Source: Octopus sinensis (Eukaryota). Taken from it: a stretch of DNA of 64,000 nucleotides. The translations under genes were made by a program, and so were the position numbers. The stretch's first letter is position 1. Each line of letters begins with the position of its first letter. Where the stretch lies: the NCBI RefSeq assembly GCF_006345805.1, contig NC_043002.1, forward strand, positions 13,082,001 through 13,146,000, in the 5' to 3' direction. Shown piece by piece: positions 13,391 through 27,293 of the stretch. Below the pieces are notes generated by a model. The model saw nothing but the letters and a program-made list of their open reading frames with translations. It was not told the DNA's origin and did no database searches.

Positions 13391-13654
13391 TTGTTCCTAG
13401 AGTAGAAAATAATAATTAGTTCTTTCTGATTTTGGCACCAGATCAGCAGTTAGATGGACGGTCATAAATCAACTCCGGTACTTAACTAGTGCTTTAATTT
13501 ATCGTCCTCGACAGAATGAAAGGAAAAGTTAATCTCGGTGAGATTTGAATCTAGAACGTAAAAAGCTGGAAGAAATATGGCAAGGCAGAGTTGACCTCGG
13601 CGCTAACTGAACTCAAATGCAAGCTGCACAAATGATTCTGACAAGTCGCCCCTT

Positions 13655-13765
<111 letters not shown>

Positions 13766-14039
13766 CAGCAGTAGCAGTAGTAGTATAAACAAAAATTAAA
13801 TAAGTTTAGACGCTTTTAAGGATTTTTCCAGCTCGCGAGCTTGTCAAGAACGAGAAAGTATGGCTTTTCTTATGTATGGATGACCCCCAAATTGTACGAC
13901 TAAAATGTAAAAATATTTTGTTTCTCTTGTTAACCGGCAAGATGATTTAGCATAATATATTGATTGAAGTTAAAGGATATGAAAATATACAGCATTGGTT
14001 ATGAAGTGAACAACTGTCACGACGTAATAATATCACAAG

Positions 14040-15290
14040 ATATCAAATATCACACGATGATCTTTGGTCAGTGTTCGAAAATGACGGATGTAAGTACCTA
14101 AGGGTACTGTAGGAGGATGGAAAAGAAAATGTTGAATTATGGAAAGAAGAAATTAGAGAGAAAGTTTCCAAAAAGTATAATAGAATGGTGATGATTGTAC
14201 TTGAAAGAAAATGAAATAAAAGTAATGTCCTTAAGACAAACTATACGTGAATCAGACCAGTGGTGAAACACGTCGCTCCCTCTTTTTTTAAGTGGACATA
14301 GACGCAACTGCATGAAGTGGACACCAGACTAGAAAGTTATTTGCAATGTATAATACACACTACTCTATAAATAATATCGACAGGCTCTACTTACAAAGAA
14401 GGGAAGGCGGTATAATTTTGTGACACGTAGAAGACACCATCAGAGTTGCATGTTGGGATTTGAAAAATATATAGGGCATAATAAGAAAAGGATATCATGT
14501 GCAGCTAGAAGTATCGAAGGAGTGCTAGAGCAGAGAAAGATTTTAAGAACGGAAGGAACAGAACAAATAGCTGAAGAGATATAAAGCTACATATCCAGTT
14601 CGTGTATAAAACCGAGGAAATGGAATTGAAGGTCGTTGGTGTTGGCTGGGTCATAGGAACGTGAAAAGAGAAACTGAATCGCTAAATGTAGCCGCTCAAA
14701 AATAAGCTATTAAAATGAATTTGATAACGATAAAGATTGACAAAACTCTGTCAGATGGCAAATACAGAAAATGCAAAAAAAGGTACGAAAGAATTAATCA
14801 TATACGTCGAAAGGACATTAGGATGTTAACTGCTAGATCTGTAGATTTGAAATGACGAAACATTATTATGACTATAAGTCATATCACTGTGAATAGTAAT
14901 TGTAGGAATTGGATTTTTCTATTTCTCTAATGAAAATTGATCAATTATTTGAAGCAAGGAGCCCAAATATGGCTGTCAGTATAAAACAGAATAAGCATTG
15001 TAAGACTATTGGCTTGAGAGTTCCTGTATCATTATAAAGTGGATATCATGGGAGCTGAGGAAAATCAGAACTATCACAACCTAGACCGGGAAGATGAAGA
15101 GATTGTGGAATAGCAGTGAGAAAAGGATTCCCGTGGGTGAAGTTGTGCATTCGGCATCACACCCAAACAGCTACATAAAGAACATAACAACGTTGGGACT
15201 GCCATATGCATCGCCGACTTGCAGAAAAGTGCCACGCTCTATTCTGCAAGCATCCTAAAACAGATTCTTGAAACTTGCTATCTCTAAATC
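14040..15290 (+). mobile_element. Heavily decayed R4/Dong-clade LINE fragment
   Basis: Residual YKYLRVL, LYLQRREGG and DLQKSATLYSASILKQIL motifs parallel the better-preserved copies; many stops and frameshifts. Confidence 0.7.
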
Positions 15291-15380
15291 TCAAATTAGC
15301 ATCTGTAACTTCTGAATGATTTTTGTATACGACGATGACGACAACAACAACAAATGATGATGATGGTGATGGTCATGATG

Positions 15381-15416
<36 letters not shown>

Positions 15417-17194
15417 TAATAATAATAATAATAATAATAATGCTTCCTTTATTGGCCACATGGGACCCACCACAAAATACAAAACATTTACGCCAGAACA
15501 ATTACAAAATGTGTTGGGGAAGTGAGAAATACAGCGTGTAATGTTAAAGTGTGAAAGTAGATTAACGGAGCAGAAACCACCACTTACGAAATATAAGGTC
15601 ATTTGCAAATCTCTGGTAAGCTTACACTTCCAGCTGTTACTCCCTCTCTCCTGGTTATAATCCCCAAATAGAATTCAAGGATTGGCTCTCTGAAAACCAT
15701 CACTTTGTCACTTGCATCCATCTTTTCTTATATTTGTTAGAGGGCAGCACCTATTTAGGGCTTTGCTACTTCTTGGAATGACCGTTAAAATGCATCGATC
15801 GATGTTTCGATACAACTTAAATGCCACAACTGCAGTTCCACAAAGTTCAACATGTCACTAATGTTTAGACATTGATGCCAAGAACCTGAAGAACAGTTTT
15901 GCCGTTCATGCGTCATTTCTGACAGACTGACGGCATTTTTTTTATCCAATAGAATTTATCACACAGCAGTAAATCCCCAACTTGGAAGTGCTGTCACACT
16001 CGAGAAATCTGGAACTTAACGATGAACTCAGAATTGATAGTCTTCAGGAATAGATTATGGTTCGGTATAGACTTTCAATGTACAGAAGTACCGTCTGTCC
16101 AACATGTCTGAAAAGAGGAAGAGCAACAAAACTGTTTGCTTTTGTTTTATGTCCCCCACTGGTTCTTATGCTTACCACTAACCCCTGGATCATTCATGAC
16201 CAAACTGTGACTCGTGGAAATTTCTGAATGGCACACCTAACGAAAATTTGATATATTTTTTTTTCTTTTTAGTAATGTGGCGCGCCTGAAGACGAGTCAT
16301 TTTTCATACGGCTCGCTTCTCGGGAAAGGCTGCCCGTGCCTGTCCTTGACAATGCTATTGTGGACACCTCACGAACAATAGTAAAAATTATAATCGTTTT
16401 TAGCAAGGCCACAAATAGTCGGGAGAGTATTGCCGAATAATTAACCCCAGCACTTGATTTGTAAAGCAGTGAGTCACTTGAGCGCGGTTAGAATGCTTTG
16501 CTGTATTCCTCATAATTCTGTGTGTTCTGAGTTAAACTACAGCCGAGATCTACTTTACCTTTATTCTTTGGGGACACAAAAATAATGTAGTAGTCAAGTA
16601 CTGTGGTTAATTTTACCCCCCGCCTCTCAATCTTTCTTTCTCTCACAAGACTCGCTAAGATGCGCCATAAGGTGACTGGAGGTGGATATTAGAGACCATT
16701 CAATGTGACTCAGTCTGAAATGATAAGAGACCCTTGAATTGTATTTAGACATTTTCAGAGACATCGAAAAATTCAACCACTCTCCAAGATTTCAATATAA
16801 TTTCATTGGTTCTTTCTATTACGTACTGCAAAATGACGGTATCTGAACTCCGAACACAACAAGACATTCTGTAAGGTAAGAAAATAAATACTGCAAAGCA
16901 TTCGTCTGTACACTGTTGAGTACGCCAAACCACTGTATTACCTGTTCATGACGATGATGATATTGATAATAAAAATAATAATAATAATAATAATAGTCCT
17001 TTCTACTAAAGGCACAAAGCCTGAACTTTTGAAGGAGGGAACTAGTCGATTGAATCGACCCCAGTGCTCCACAGGTACTTATTTTATCGACCCCGAAAGT
17101 AAGAAAAGCAGAGTTGACCTCGGCTCAGATTGAACTCAAATGTAAAGCTGCACAAATGATTCTGACAAGTCGCCCCTTTAGTAGTAGTAGTAGC

Positions 17195-17261
<67 letters not shown>

Positions 17262-17313
17262 TAAACAAAAATTGAATAAGTTTAGAGAATGTTTCGTTTG
17301 GCAAAATCTAAGT

Positions 17314-17519
17314 TTAAAGGGGCCGTTCTCCGCAGACAACACTGGCGCGCCAATCACATCGAAGATTCTCCAAGGAGAACGCACTCCCTGCTGGACATTT
17401 GATGCGGGCCACAACACGACCGTGGTTGCATTTATAAAATCGTCCGCAGTTATTGATGTCGGGAACGTCACCAAATTCTGTGTCTGCACAAGGTTTGTCA
17501 ATTGTTGGACTGGCTGTTG
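17314..17519 (-). CDS. Chitin-binding type-2 (CBM14/peritrophin-A) protein, terminal coding exon
   Basis: Acceptor TTTTTTGTTTTTTAG|CA (phase 1). Encodes TASPTIDKPCADTEFGDVPDINNCGRFYKCNHGRVVARIKCPAGSAFSLENLRCDWRASVVCGERPL*, a six-Cys CBM14 pattern with conserved aromatics. Confidence 0.9.
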
Positions 17520-17589
17520 CTAAAAAACAAAAAAAAGTTAAAAGACACGGATCAGAAATCATTTCATATGAACCAAGAATAATAATGTA

Positions 17590-18370
17590 TACGAGGTCTG
17601 ATCAAAAATATCGGGACTGTTGCTAAGGTAACAGGGCTAGAATACGCAGAGTGAAGCCATCCGGCATAGGTTGACCTTGACCTCTGTCGCGCATGCACAC
17701 TAAGTTATAGCATTCTTTATAGCAGTGCTTAGAAGCAAAGCGTGTAAAGAGTGGTCGTCTCAAAAAGCAGATCGGGTTTCAGCTTTGCAGGATCTTCTTG
17801 AGTGCATGGAGGACAACGTATATTTTCACAAACGGTCATGACAGATGACGAATTATGGGTCTAAGGATATGACCCCGAAACCAAGGCTTGAAAAGGAGTA
17901 AAGATTCAAGACGTCGAGGAAATACAAAAGAATGCGAAGAAATGTTCACTTTCCCCAATAAAGAAGTTCCAAGAAGTTTCTTATTTCTTTATTACCCACA
18001 AGGGGCTAAATATAGAGGGGACAAACAAGGACAGACAAAGGGATTAAGTCGATTACATCGATCCTAGTGCGTAACTGGTACTTATTTAATCGACCCCGAA
18101 AGGATGAAAGGCAAAGTCGACCTTGGCGGAATTTGAACTCAGAACGTAGCGGCAGACGAAATGCCGCTAAGCATCTCGTCCGGCGTGCTAACGTTTCTAC
18201 CACCTCGCCGCCTTTAAGTTCCAGGAAGTTTCTATCAATGGAAATGACGCTGGATTAAGTGTGTGGCTTCAGAAGACGACTACTTTGAATGAGATTAAAG
18301 GCAGGATTCGTATGTATTGTAGTTTTCTTTTTATAGCAGCAATCCAGATAATTTATGATCTGACCTCGTA
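17590..18370 (+). mobile_element. Internally deleted mariner with both TIRs, interrupted by a SINE
   Basis: TIRs TACGAGGTCTGATCAAAAAT / ATTTATGATCTGACCTCGTA; remnant of the WVxxYDPETK motif. SINE family B at about 17982-18215 is flanked by the TSD AAGTTCCARGAAGTTTCT (17964-17981 and 18216-18233). Confidence 0.8.
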
Positions 18371-19370
18371 CACATCAATAAAAATGAACAACAGTATCTT
18401 AAAAGGTCTACATATTCAATTAATCTCTCTCTTTTTCTCTCTGTCTTTCTCTTCCTCTCTCTCCCTTTCTCACTCTTTCTCTCCCTCTCTCGCCGTTTTT
18501 CTCTCTCTTACTCTCTTCCTTTTATTTTCTCTTTCCGGGGAATTTAGATTTAAACTTATATTGTGTATGTTTGTGTACTCACTTACAGACACACACATGC
18601 ATACACACATACACACACACGCACACAAACAGGCACGCACGCACAGACACACGCACCGGTGTCTGTTTGTGTGTATTCCTTTTACACGATAACTCCTGTG
18701 TAAAGAAAACTTTTTAAAAAATATATCGATCGATAAGACGAATTTCAGACATTACAAAATGGTGATAGACACCAAAGCCATAGAGATCATTGCTCCAGCA
18801 TGACTGTAGTTTAATGACTAATGACGAATAAAGACATAAAGATCAAAAAAATGTCAAAGACATTTACTTACAGACAACGACATGGCTTGGTATGACTCGG
18901 TTCTTGCATTCTTCTGCTACTAAAAATCCCAAATCACAGGTGTTGTTTCTGGTAGAAAACAAAGTACTTTCTGGACACTGCATGGTGGCCACCACGGACC
19001 GGTTGGTGCAGGCCAAGAATTGAGCGCAATTTTCTGGATCTGGATTAATCCATCTGGATCAATGCAAAGTGGATCATCTAAAGAAATGAGAGACGAAGAA
19101 AATTATCCACATGAATTTTTATATATATATATATATATATATCTATATATATTATATATATTATATATATATGTAGGTCCCGGGTTGATTCGGGGTTAAC
19201 CACAGTAAATAAGGTACTCAATCATAGCAGAGTAAAATTAATTTATTATATAGAAGGAGCTTCTACAGGACTAGAACTGTTTCATTCAAGAGAAATCTCA
19301 GGAATAGTTAACAAGATTGTATTGCATTTATACATGATAAATGTTTAAATGCCAATACAATTCTGTTACT

Positions 19371-19421
19371 AGCTTCCTGAAGATTTCTCTTGAATGAAAC
19401 AGTTCTAGTCCTGTAGAAGCT
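19371..19421 (+). ncRNA. Type I hammerhead ribozyme motif in the right arm of a fold-back element
   Basis: Stem I AGCTTC/GAAGCT (6 bp); core CTGAAGA (19377-83); short stem II TTC-TCTT-GAA; GAAA (19396-99); stem III ACAG/CTGT with an 8-nt loop; cleavage triplet GTA (after 19415). Confidence 0.8.
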
Positions 19422-19435
19422 CCTTCTATATAATA

Positions 19436-19514
<79 letters not shown>

Positions 19515-19565
19515 CTATATATATATATATATATATATATAGATATATATATATAATATATATAT

Positions 19566-19676
<111 letters not shown>

Positions 19677-20411
19677 ACAGGCGCAGGAGTGGCTGTGTGG
19701 TAAGTAGCTTGCTTACCAACCACATGGTTCCGAGTTCAGTCCCACTGCGTGGCACCTTGGGAAAATATCTTCTACTATAGCCTCGGGCCAGCTAAAGCTT
19801 TGTGGGTGGATTTGTGTGTATGTGTGTTTGTCCATCCACTATATCTTGACAACCGATGCTGGTATGTTTACGTTCTCATCGTGCGGTCTCGAACTTATTT
19901 GACGCTCCATTTTAAGTACAGTAATATTGTCTCATTCATATCCGTGAATTTCCTCAAGACGTTGTCTATTATAAAGTGAAAAATTATTTTGTCACGCTCC
20001 AGTGTCTACGACACGGACACAGAATAGCTTAGTGTCCAGCGCTTGAAAGAATGTAATTAGATGTAAGCAATTACAGCGTGAATGACACTTATTAGCCATT
20101 CAAAATCACACTAAAACTGTGGCCTTCTCTTAATCATTATGTATTTCCGTGCTCGCGCGTATTGTATGTATGTCTTAACAATCGTCGCACTGTCTGTAAC
20201 TTGATCACTAGTATAGTTTCACTGCAACTGGTCTGAGACAAGGCTGTTGGCGAAAGGGAGATAACAGTTGTAGAGAGTGCGTCCGTTACAGACAGAAGTC
20301 TGTATGTATTTGAAGCTCATTAGACGCTCCCCAGCGAAGCATTGTCTCACACGCTATCTCCAAAATCTAGGAAGAGCTAATATTAATTATAATTATTCCT
20401 TATAGCATAGG

Positions 20412-20720
20412 TGCAGGCGCAATGGCCCAGTGGTTAGGGCAGCGGACTCGTGGTCGTAGGATCGCGGTTTCGATTCCCAGATCGTCGGGCGTTGTGAGTG
20501 TTTATTGAGCGAAAGTACCTAAAAGCTCCACGAGGCTCCGGTAGGGGGTAGTGGCGATCCCTGCTGTACTCTTTCGCTGCAACTTTCTCTCACTCTTTCT
20601 TCTGTTGGCCTGCTCGCTTAGCCAGCGGGGTGGCGACATTTGGAGGCTAAAACAATGCGATTCGCATTGTGACCAGCGATGTGTAGCAACATCTGATATC
20701 CTGGTCGGTCACGGTGGTGG
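20412..20720 (+). mobile_element. tRNA-derived SINE family C
   Basis: Head GGCGCAATGGCCCAGTGGTTAGGGCAGCGGACTC...GTTTCGATTCCC. A near-identical inverted copy lies at about 43490-43800. Confidence 0.85.
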
Positions 20721-21189
20721 TCACCTATAGCAGAGAGACAAATCCTGAAATTTGAGAGATGAGGTGAAACCATTATATCGGTCCCAGTATTTCGCTGGTT
20801 CTTTATTTTATCAATCCGAAAGAACGGAAGACAAAGTTGACCACCTAAGTGATATTTCACCTCCGAACAAAAGATCAAAAATAGCTATCGGAAGTTATTT
20901 TGTCCTATGCTCTGACGGCTGTCCCTATTCACCCATCCATTGTTATAATTTCTTCTAATTCACGTATTAAGCCAGCAATTTTGGATGGAGAAAGTTCGTC
21001 GAAAGGCGCAGGAGTGACTGTGTGGTAGGTACCTTGCTTACCAACCACATGGTTCCGGGCTCAATCCCACTGCGTGGCAGTGTCTTTTACTATAGCCTCG
21101 GGCCGACCAAAGCCTTGTGAGTGGATTTGGTAGACGGAAACGGAAAGAATCCCGTCGTATATATGTTTGTATATATATATATATAAGCT

Positions 21190-22590
21190 CAGTACTTAAT
21201 ATGAAAAGAGGGAAGGAAGAAGCCTGCAGAGGATTATGGTTTCCATCGGGAGAGACAATGGGCGAACCCGACGGTAGTGGGTATAGATATTTAGGGGTCT
21301 TGGAGCTGGATGACATTCTACACAGAGAGATGAAAGTCAAGATCAGCGAGGCGTATCAAAAAAGAGTGAAGATGGTGTTGAAATCCAACCTGAATGCCAA
21401 ACATTTGATTACAGCAATGAATATATGGTCAGTTGCGGTGGTCAGATATAGGGTGTCCAGCCTCCAATGAACTAAGGAGGAAATATCAACACTAGATAGA
21501 AAGACCAAAAAGTTGATGACGCTGCAGGGGGAGCTATACCCTAAAGCAAGCGTAAACAGACTGTAAATGAAAAGAAAAATGGTGGCGGAGGACTAATTAG
21601 TATAGACCATTATATAAGGAGTGAAATGAGAACGCTTTCCGAGTATTAGATTGTGATGATGACCTGCTGCAATATGCTGCAAAAGATGGGTGTAAACGCA
21701 GATGTAATGATGGGCAAGAAAGAGTTTAACCAAAGAACAGACGAGAAGAGAAAAGAAGACCTTCTTGAAATGAGATTCCATGGTCAATTTGAAAGCAATA
21801 CACAGGGCGTTAAGGATAATACAGCATCGTGGGAATTACTTGAACGAGGTAATTCGAAGCGTCTCACCGAAAGCCTGATCATTGCTGCACAAGACCAGGC
21901 TCTCACTACCAATTCGGTGAAGTATAACATCTATAAAACTTCTGACACCCAGAAATGCAGACTGTGGAAAGAGTGTGGAAAATGTAACACTCTTGGTAAG
22001 TGGATGTAAGAGCCTTGCACAAAAAGAATACAAGTGCAGCCACGATAAAATGCGTATGTGTGTCTTCATTGGCTCTTATGTCGCAAGTACCAATATGAAG
22101 TAACAGAGAACTCGTATGACCATGTTCCAAGTAAAGTTATGCAGGAGGGTGGAAAAGTAACGATACTCTGGGGCTGTGATTTTCAGACGGAGGGATCGTG
22201 TAATCGAATGCCGTCGGCCGGATATTGTTATACTGGATAAGAGAGACAAATACTGTCAGATTATTGATGTAGCCATATCAAATGACATGAATGTTGTGAG
22301 TAAAGAGGTTGAAAAAAATCACCAAGTACTCCGAATTGAATTTGGAAATGGCAAGACTGTATGGAGTGTGAGAATGTAAAAGCAATAACAGTGATAATCG
22401 GAGCATCGGGCTCAATCCCATTGAAACTTCAAAACTTGTTAAGGCAACTGGTAATCCCATGCAAGTTTGAGGCCTTGCAGAAAGCAGTTTTATTGGGCAC
22501 ATCGGACATCTTAAGGAAATTATCTGTCTGACGGCCTTCTTGCGACTTGACAGATGACTAAAACCCCGGTACATTTTTACCTACACTGTG
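21190..22590 (+). mobile_element. R4/Dong-clade LINE, 5'-truncated and decayed (subfamily 1)
   Basis: YRYLGVLELD, ESLIIAAQDQALTTN, CRRPDIVILDKRDKYCQIIDVAIS motifs; same 3' UTR as 9052-10060. Confidence 0.88.
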
Positions 22591-24010
22591 TTACGAAGTA
22601 ATGGTCGAATTGATCAATACTTTAGCCATACCATTCGTGACTTACAGTTTCAATATCATTAACTGGTCAATTACTGAAATATGTAATCTTGACAGGAAAA
22701 TACGAAAACTTGACAATGCATAGAATGCACCACCCTAAGGCAGATACAGAACGACTTTATCTGCCAAGAAAAGAGGGAGGCCGTGGACTTTTACAACTGG
22801 CAATAACAATGAAGATTTCTACAATTGGCCTAGACACCTACCTGAAAAACTCCGAGGACTGGATGTTAAAACTTGTCTCAAAACATGAAAACAAGAAAGC
22901 ATCATACTCAGTAAGACAACAGGGAAGGGAATATCTAAGTAAAATCCAAATACAGCAAATTCTGGAATTAGACATACTAAAAACAAGCACAGAAAAAGCT
23001 AAGCGCATGAAAACACGTGCTAAAACTGATACCTTAGGTATTCTGACTCATAAATGGCAAGAAAAACCTCTCAGTGGTAAATACCCAAAGAGAGCGAATA
23101 ACGCTGTTGTTGACAAAGCCCTGGCCCATCAATGGCTAATGGCCTCTAGCTTAAAATCTGAAACAGAAGGGTTTATCATAGCAGCCCAAGATCAATGCCT
23201 ACCTACAAGGAACTACCAGGCCAACATATTAAAGAACAGTAGCTTCCCAACATGCCGTGTATGTCAACAACAAAATGAAACCATTTATCATGTTGTCTCC
23301 ATGTGCAGTCTTCTTGCACCTACAGAGTATCTCAACAGGCATGATAGAGCTGCACAATAAATTCACTGGGTAATTTGCAAAAACCTGGACTTACAACATA
23401 AAAAAAAACTGGTGGGAACACAAACCACCTCCAGTGCTTGAAAATGACCACATCTCACACCTCTAAAACTTCACTATTCAAACTGACAGAAAGATAGATG
23501 CAAATAGGCCAGACATCATATTGAAAGACTTTAGACAAAAATCATGCCTCCTCATTGATATGACTGTCCTAATCGATATAAATCTATCTGTCAAGACATA
23601 CCGAAAAAATGAGCAGGTGTAAAGATCTTCAAATAGAAATTGGCAAAATGTGGAACATGAAGGCTAAAACAATACCTGTTGTGATAGGTGCCCTAAGAAT
23701 GATAGCAAAAGGGGTTGATTGCTACCTATTTCAGGTACCAGGCAACTCCAAAATCGCAGAAATTCAAAAGATAGTGCTCATGAGAACTGCCCATATCCTA
23801 CGCAAAATACTCTCTATATAATTTCAAATTTTAAAACAAACATAGTTTTCTTATGGTTTCTTAAACATTCTCTAGAACAACACTATGTACAGAACCAAAT
23901 ATATGGCAACCTAGGCATAGCACCAACATGAACTTCTAACTTGTTGTCCCTTGATGTCTCTGGTTGAGACTTGGAACCAACTTGTACAAATATAAAATAA
24001 AAGTCAAACA
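22591..24010 (+). mobile_element. R4/Dong-clade LINE, 5'-truncated (subfamily 2), ending in (TAA)n
   Basis: RLYLPRKEGGRGLLQL...ETEGFIIAAQDQCLPTRNY...CRVCQQQNETIYHVVSMC...RHD, then DANRPDII and IPVVIGAL...IQKIVLMRTAHILRKILSI. Confidence 0.92.
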
Positions 24011-24012
24011 TA

Positions 24013-24121
<109 letters not shown>

Positions 24122-24139
24122 TGATGATAATAATAATAA

Positions 24140-24685
24140 TGCAGTACCAGGTAGTGGCTCTCATGGCTTCTGATCTTAACTGATTGGAAGTGTTATCATG
24201 TACATTGTTTTGTCTTGGTACAAAAGATGGGCTACAGCAAATATTCTGCTCAGTAATACAGAATTGCTTGTCATTTGTTTGACTTTAACCAGTTGAGCAT
24301 GTCCCTTAGTGGTTGACGATGTGTGCATCTCTGATCACAAGCAGAAGTAGTTGGGGAACATCATAGCCGTGTACTGAGAGGAATTTTTTTAGGTTTGAAG
24401 AATTAAACTTTGGAAACATGGGTTTTTGTTCAACACCCTTAAACTACACCCTTCATAGAACTGTTCAACGTATTGGGCTACTCGACCTGAAGAAAATTCT
24501 AACTAGGCTCCGCCTGCAAGATCATGCGCTGTTTATCTTGATATGAGATCACCATATCGCGCACATATTGTTGTGATGCGTGTGCCTAGTGTACCCTTAT
24601 CAGACGGGTAGTGATGATGGGTATACTGGGCTTCGTATATTTTACCCGAGTGTCACTTTGATGACATGTGCTGTTCTCTCACTCA
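24140..24685 (+). mobile_element. Non-coding retroposed element (probable LINE 3' UTR or non-autonomous element) inside a (TAA)n tract
   Basis: Complex sequence bounded by (TAA)n on both sides and ending ...CTCTCACTCAAC(AAT)n. Family assignment is inferred from context only. Confidence 0.5.
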
Positions 24686-24687
24686 AC

Positions 24688-24784
<97 letters not shown>

Positions 24785-24800
24785 TTTAAATTCAACTCAC

Positions 24801-25092
24801 TTATAGACGGTGTTGTGGGAGTTTGGTTACAGTCATCCCATTGTGACATTGGTTCCACACAAGCGTGACCCACGTTCGACCAAATTCGACTGTCGTTACA
24901 CACTATAGACCAGATCTGTTTTCCTTGCACGCAGTAGTGCACTCTAGTGCAGTCATTTGGGTCACGTGTCCATTCAGAAGTCCAAGGATCTCTACAACCT
25001 GGGTCAGCTCCGAAATTATCGTCTTGGCACCTGGCATATCGTGCGAGCAACGACACAAGGAATATGAAGAGTACAGCTTTAAAGGACCACAT
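24801..25092 (-). CDS. Chitin-binding type-2 (CBM14) protein, first coding exon (signal peptide plus domain 1)
   Basis: MWSFKAVLFIFLVSLLARYARCQDDNFGADPGCRDPWTSEWTRDPNDCTRVHYCVQGKQIWSIVCNDSRIWSNVGHACVEPMSQWDDCNQTPTTPSI. Donor A|GTGAGT is phase 1, matching the acceptor at 17519. The spliced CDS is 498 nt (165 aa plus stop). Confidence 0.9.
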
Positions 25093-25646
25093 GATCTGAT
25101 TCTCTTGTCGTTTCAACAGTAAATCCGGCTTCTTAGCATGTTTCCTCTTTCTTTATATATTTATAGAGAGAAACAAAGTCATATTCAGCTTCCGTGTTTT
25201 CCTCTCCTAAAAGCAAATGATGTATTTGTATTTCAGTAGACAGATATATTTGTCCATTTATGAGATTTTTTAGTATGTGTGTTTGAACGTGTGGATGTGC
25301 GTGTGTTTATGTCTGCGTTTATGTGTATGTGTGAGTATGCCAACTATTGTATGTTATTCATATATAAACGTGTTGTTTTCATTTGTATACGAGTGTATAT
25401 GTGTAATTTGTGTTTGAGTATGTGTCTGAACGTGTGTTTAATTTTTTTTAATGTTTATATATATTTGTGTGAAAAGATTATGCTTCGTGTGAACTTGCAT
25501 ACAAACACACACACACACACATACAGCAAAGAATATATATATACATACATGTGTATGTGCCAATATAAATACATATTTCTGAGTGATTTTAAGATATATG
25601 CGTATATGTGTGTTCGTGTGTGTGTGTATGTATGTATGTATGTATG

Positions 25647-25690
<44 letters not shown>

Positions 25691-25829
25691 TGTGTGTATG
25701 TATGTAAGTGTATATGTATGTATAGATGGATGTATGTGTATATATAGTGTGGTATTGAGATATACTACACGTATATTTGTAGCTGTTCTTTTCTGTTATG
25801 TATTTATAAGTATTTGTGTAAGCATTTAT

Positions 25830-25881
<52 letters not shown>

Positions 25882-26571
25882 CGCATTACACATACATTTT
25901 GTCACTAAAGGAATTTCCCAAAGTTATTCTAGTTTGTTGTGTCAATCACGCAAACCCCATGCTACAATATGAGTCAAAAGCTCTGTAACACCAATGCCGC
26001 TCGGAACCACTGAAAGGTGTTCTGTTATCAGAAGATGCCGAAACCTATGTGCTATACGATTGACAGCTGATGATGGAAATGTAGGTTAAATTCCTTTATT
26101 TCTATAAATTGTTTCCAGTTACAAAAATCTTTGTTTCGCAGTTATAAGACAGCTGTAATAGTCCTTTCTACTAAAGGCACAGGTCTCAAGCTTTTGTGAG
26201 GATGGCCACTCGATTACATCGCCCTCAGAGCTTATTTTGTTGACTCCGAAAGGATAAAAGTCAAAGTCGACTTTGCGGTATTTGAACTTAAATACTAGCA
26301 AAATGCTGCTAAGTATTTTGGCCGGAGTGCTTAGCGATATTGCTAACTCGCTACCTAAAATAATTAATTTATAAAACTAAAATCGTTATAAGATGAATCA
26401 CTTCAGAGATAGGTGCTATAAACCGTTAACGGCTTATAATGATTTTAATTTCATAAATTAATTATCCAAAGATTACTGAATCGAAACAGCTGTCAGAGAT
26501 ATTGTCGTATTTTATAATTAATGAATAATATTTTATTAATTACCTCTCCATTTTCTCTTTATTCTTTATGC

Positions 26572-26621
<50 letters not shown>

Positions 26622-26629
<8 letters not shown>

Positions 26630-26746
26630 CAACAATTGAGGGTAAAATTAATTAATTATTAATCAATTTCACCAAGTATTCAGTATGAATACTTGGTGAA
26701 ATTGATTAATAATTAATTAATTTTACCCTCAATTGTTGAAATTATA
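26622..26746. repeat. Perfect palindrome, 61-bp arms with a 3-nt loop
   Basis: 26622-26682 is the exact reverse complement of 26686-26746. Confidence 0.97.
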
Positions 26747-27218
26747 ATTCATTTCTCTCTGTTTAATGCTTCGGGTTTCACCGATAAAACATGGTGTTTG
26801 CTAGTTTAACCCACGTGGGTGGAAGGGGAGGGCAGAAATTCTTCGCTTGCATATTTTGAATTTGTTGGCACTGTTAGTTTGAACGGATCTTCGGAGGTGA
26901 AAAGTCGCCAAAAGGGTATGCTCCTACTTTCAGTGTTTACAAATCCCTTTAGGAAATTTTGAGCTGACGAAAGAAATGTCGAATTGTATTTGGCTGATCT
27001 AGAAACGTACGTTCTCAAATAATCTTTGCACTTGTGATTTTTTATGTTTTTACCCCCATACCTTCGTGGGTTATTTTGAGTAAACACTATCTGAGAGAAA
27101 TTTTCTTTAAGTATTAGAAATGGCTAAAAAAATTTTTTTGGCTGCTATTTCTAATGAGTTCAGTATGTGGCAAAGTAATTTATTTTACTAAGCCCTTTAT
27201 AAAATGTAATTATATATA

Positions 27219-27293
<75 letters not shown>

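Noticed and set aside
20412-20490. tRNA-like sequences at SINE heads
   Set aside because: They have A/B boxes but continue into SINE bodies and lack a complete cloverleaf, so they are not tRNA genes.
26806-27087. 93-aa minus-strand ORF beside the perfect palindrome
   Set aside because: No diagnostic motif; other frames give only a faint, stop-ridden resemblance to a DNA-transposon N-terminus.
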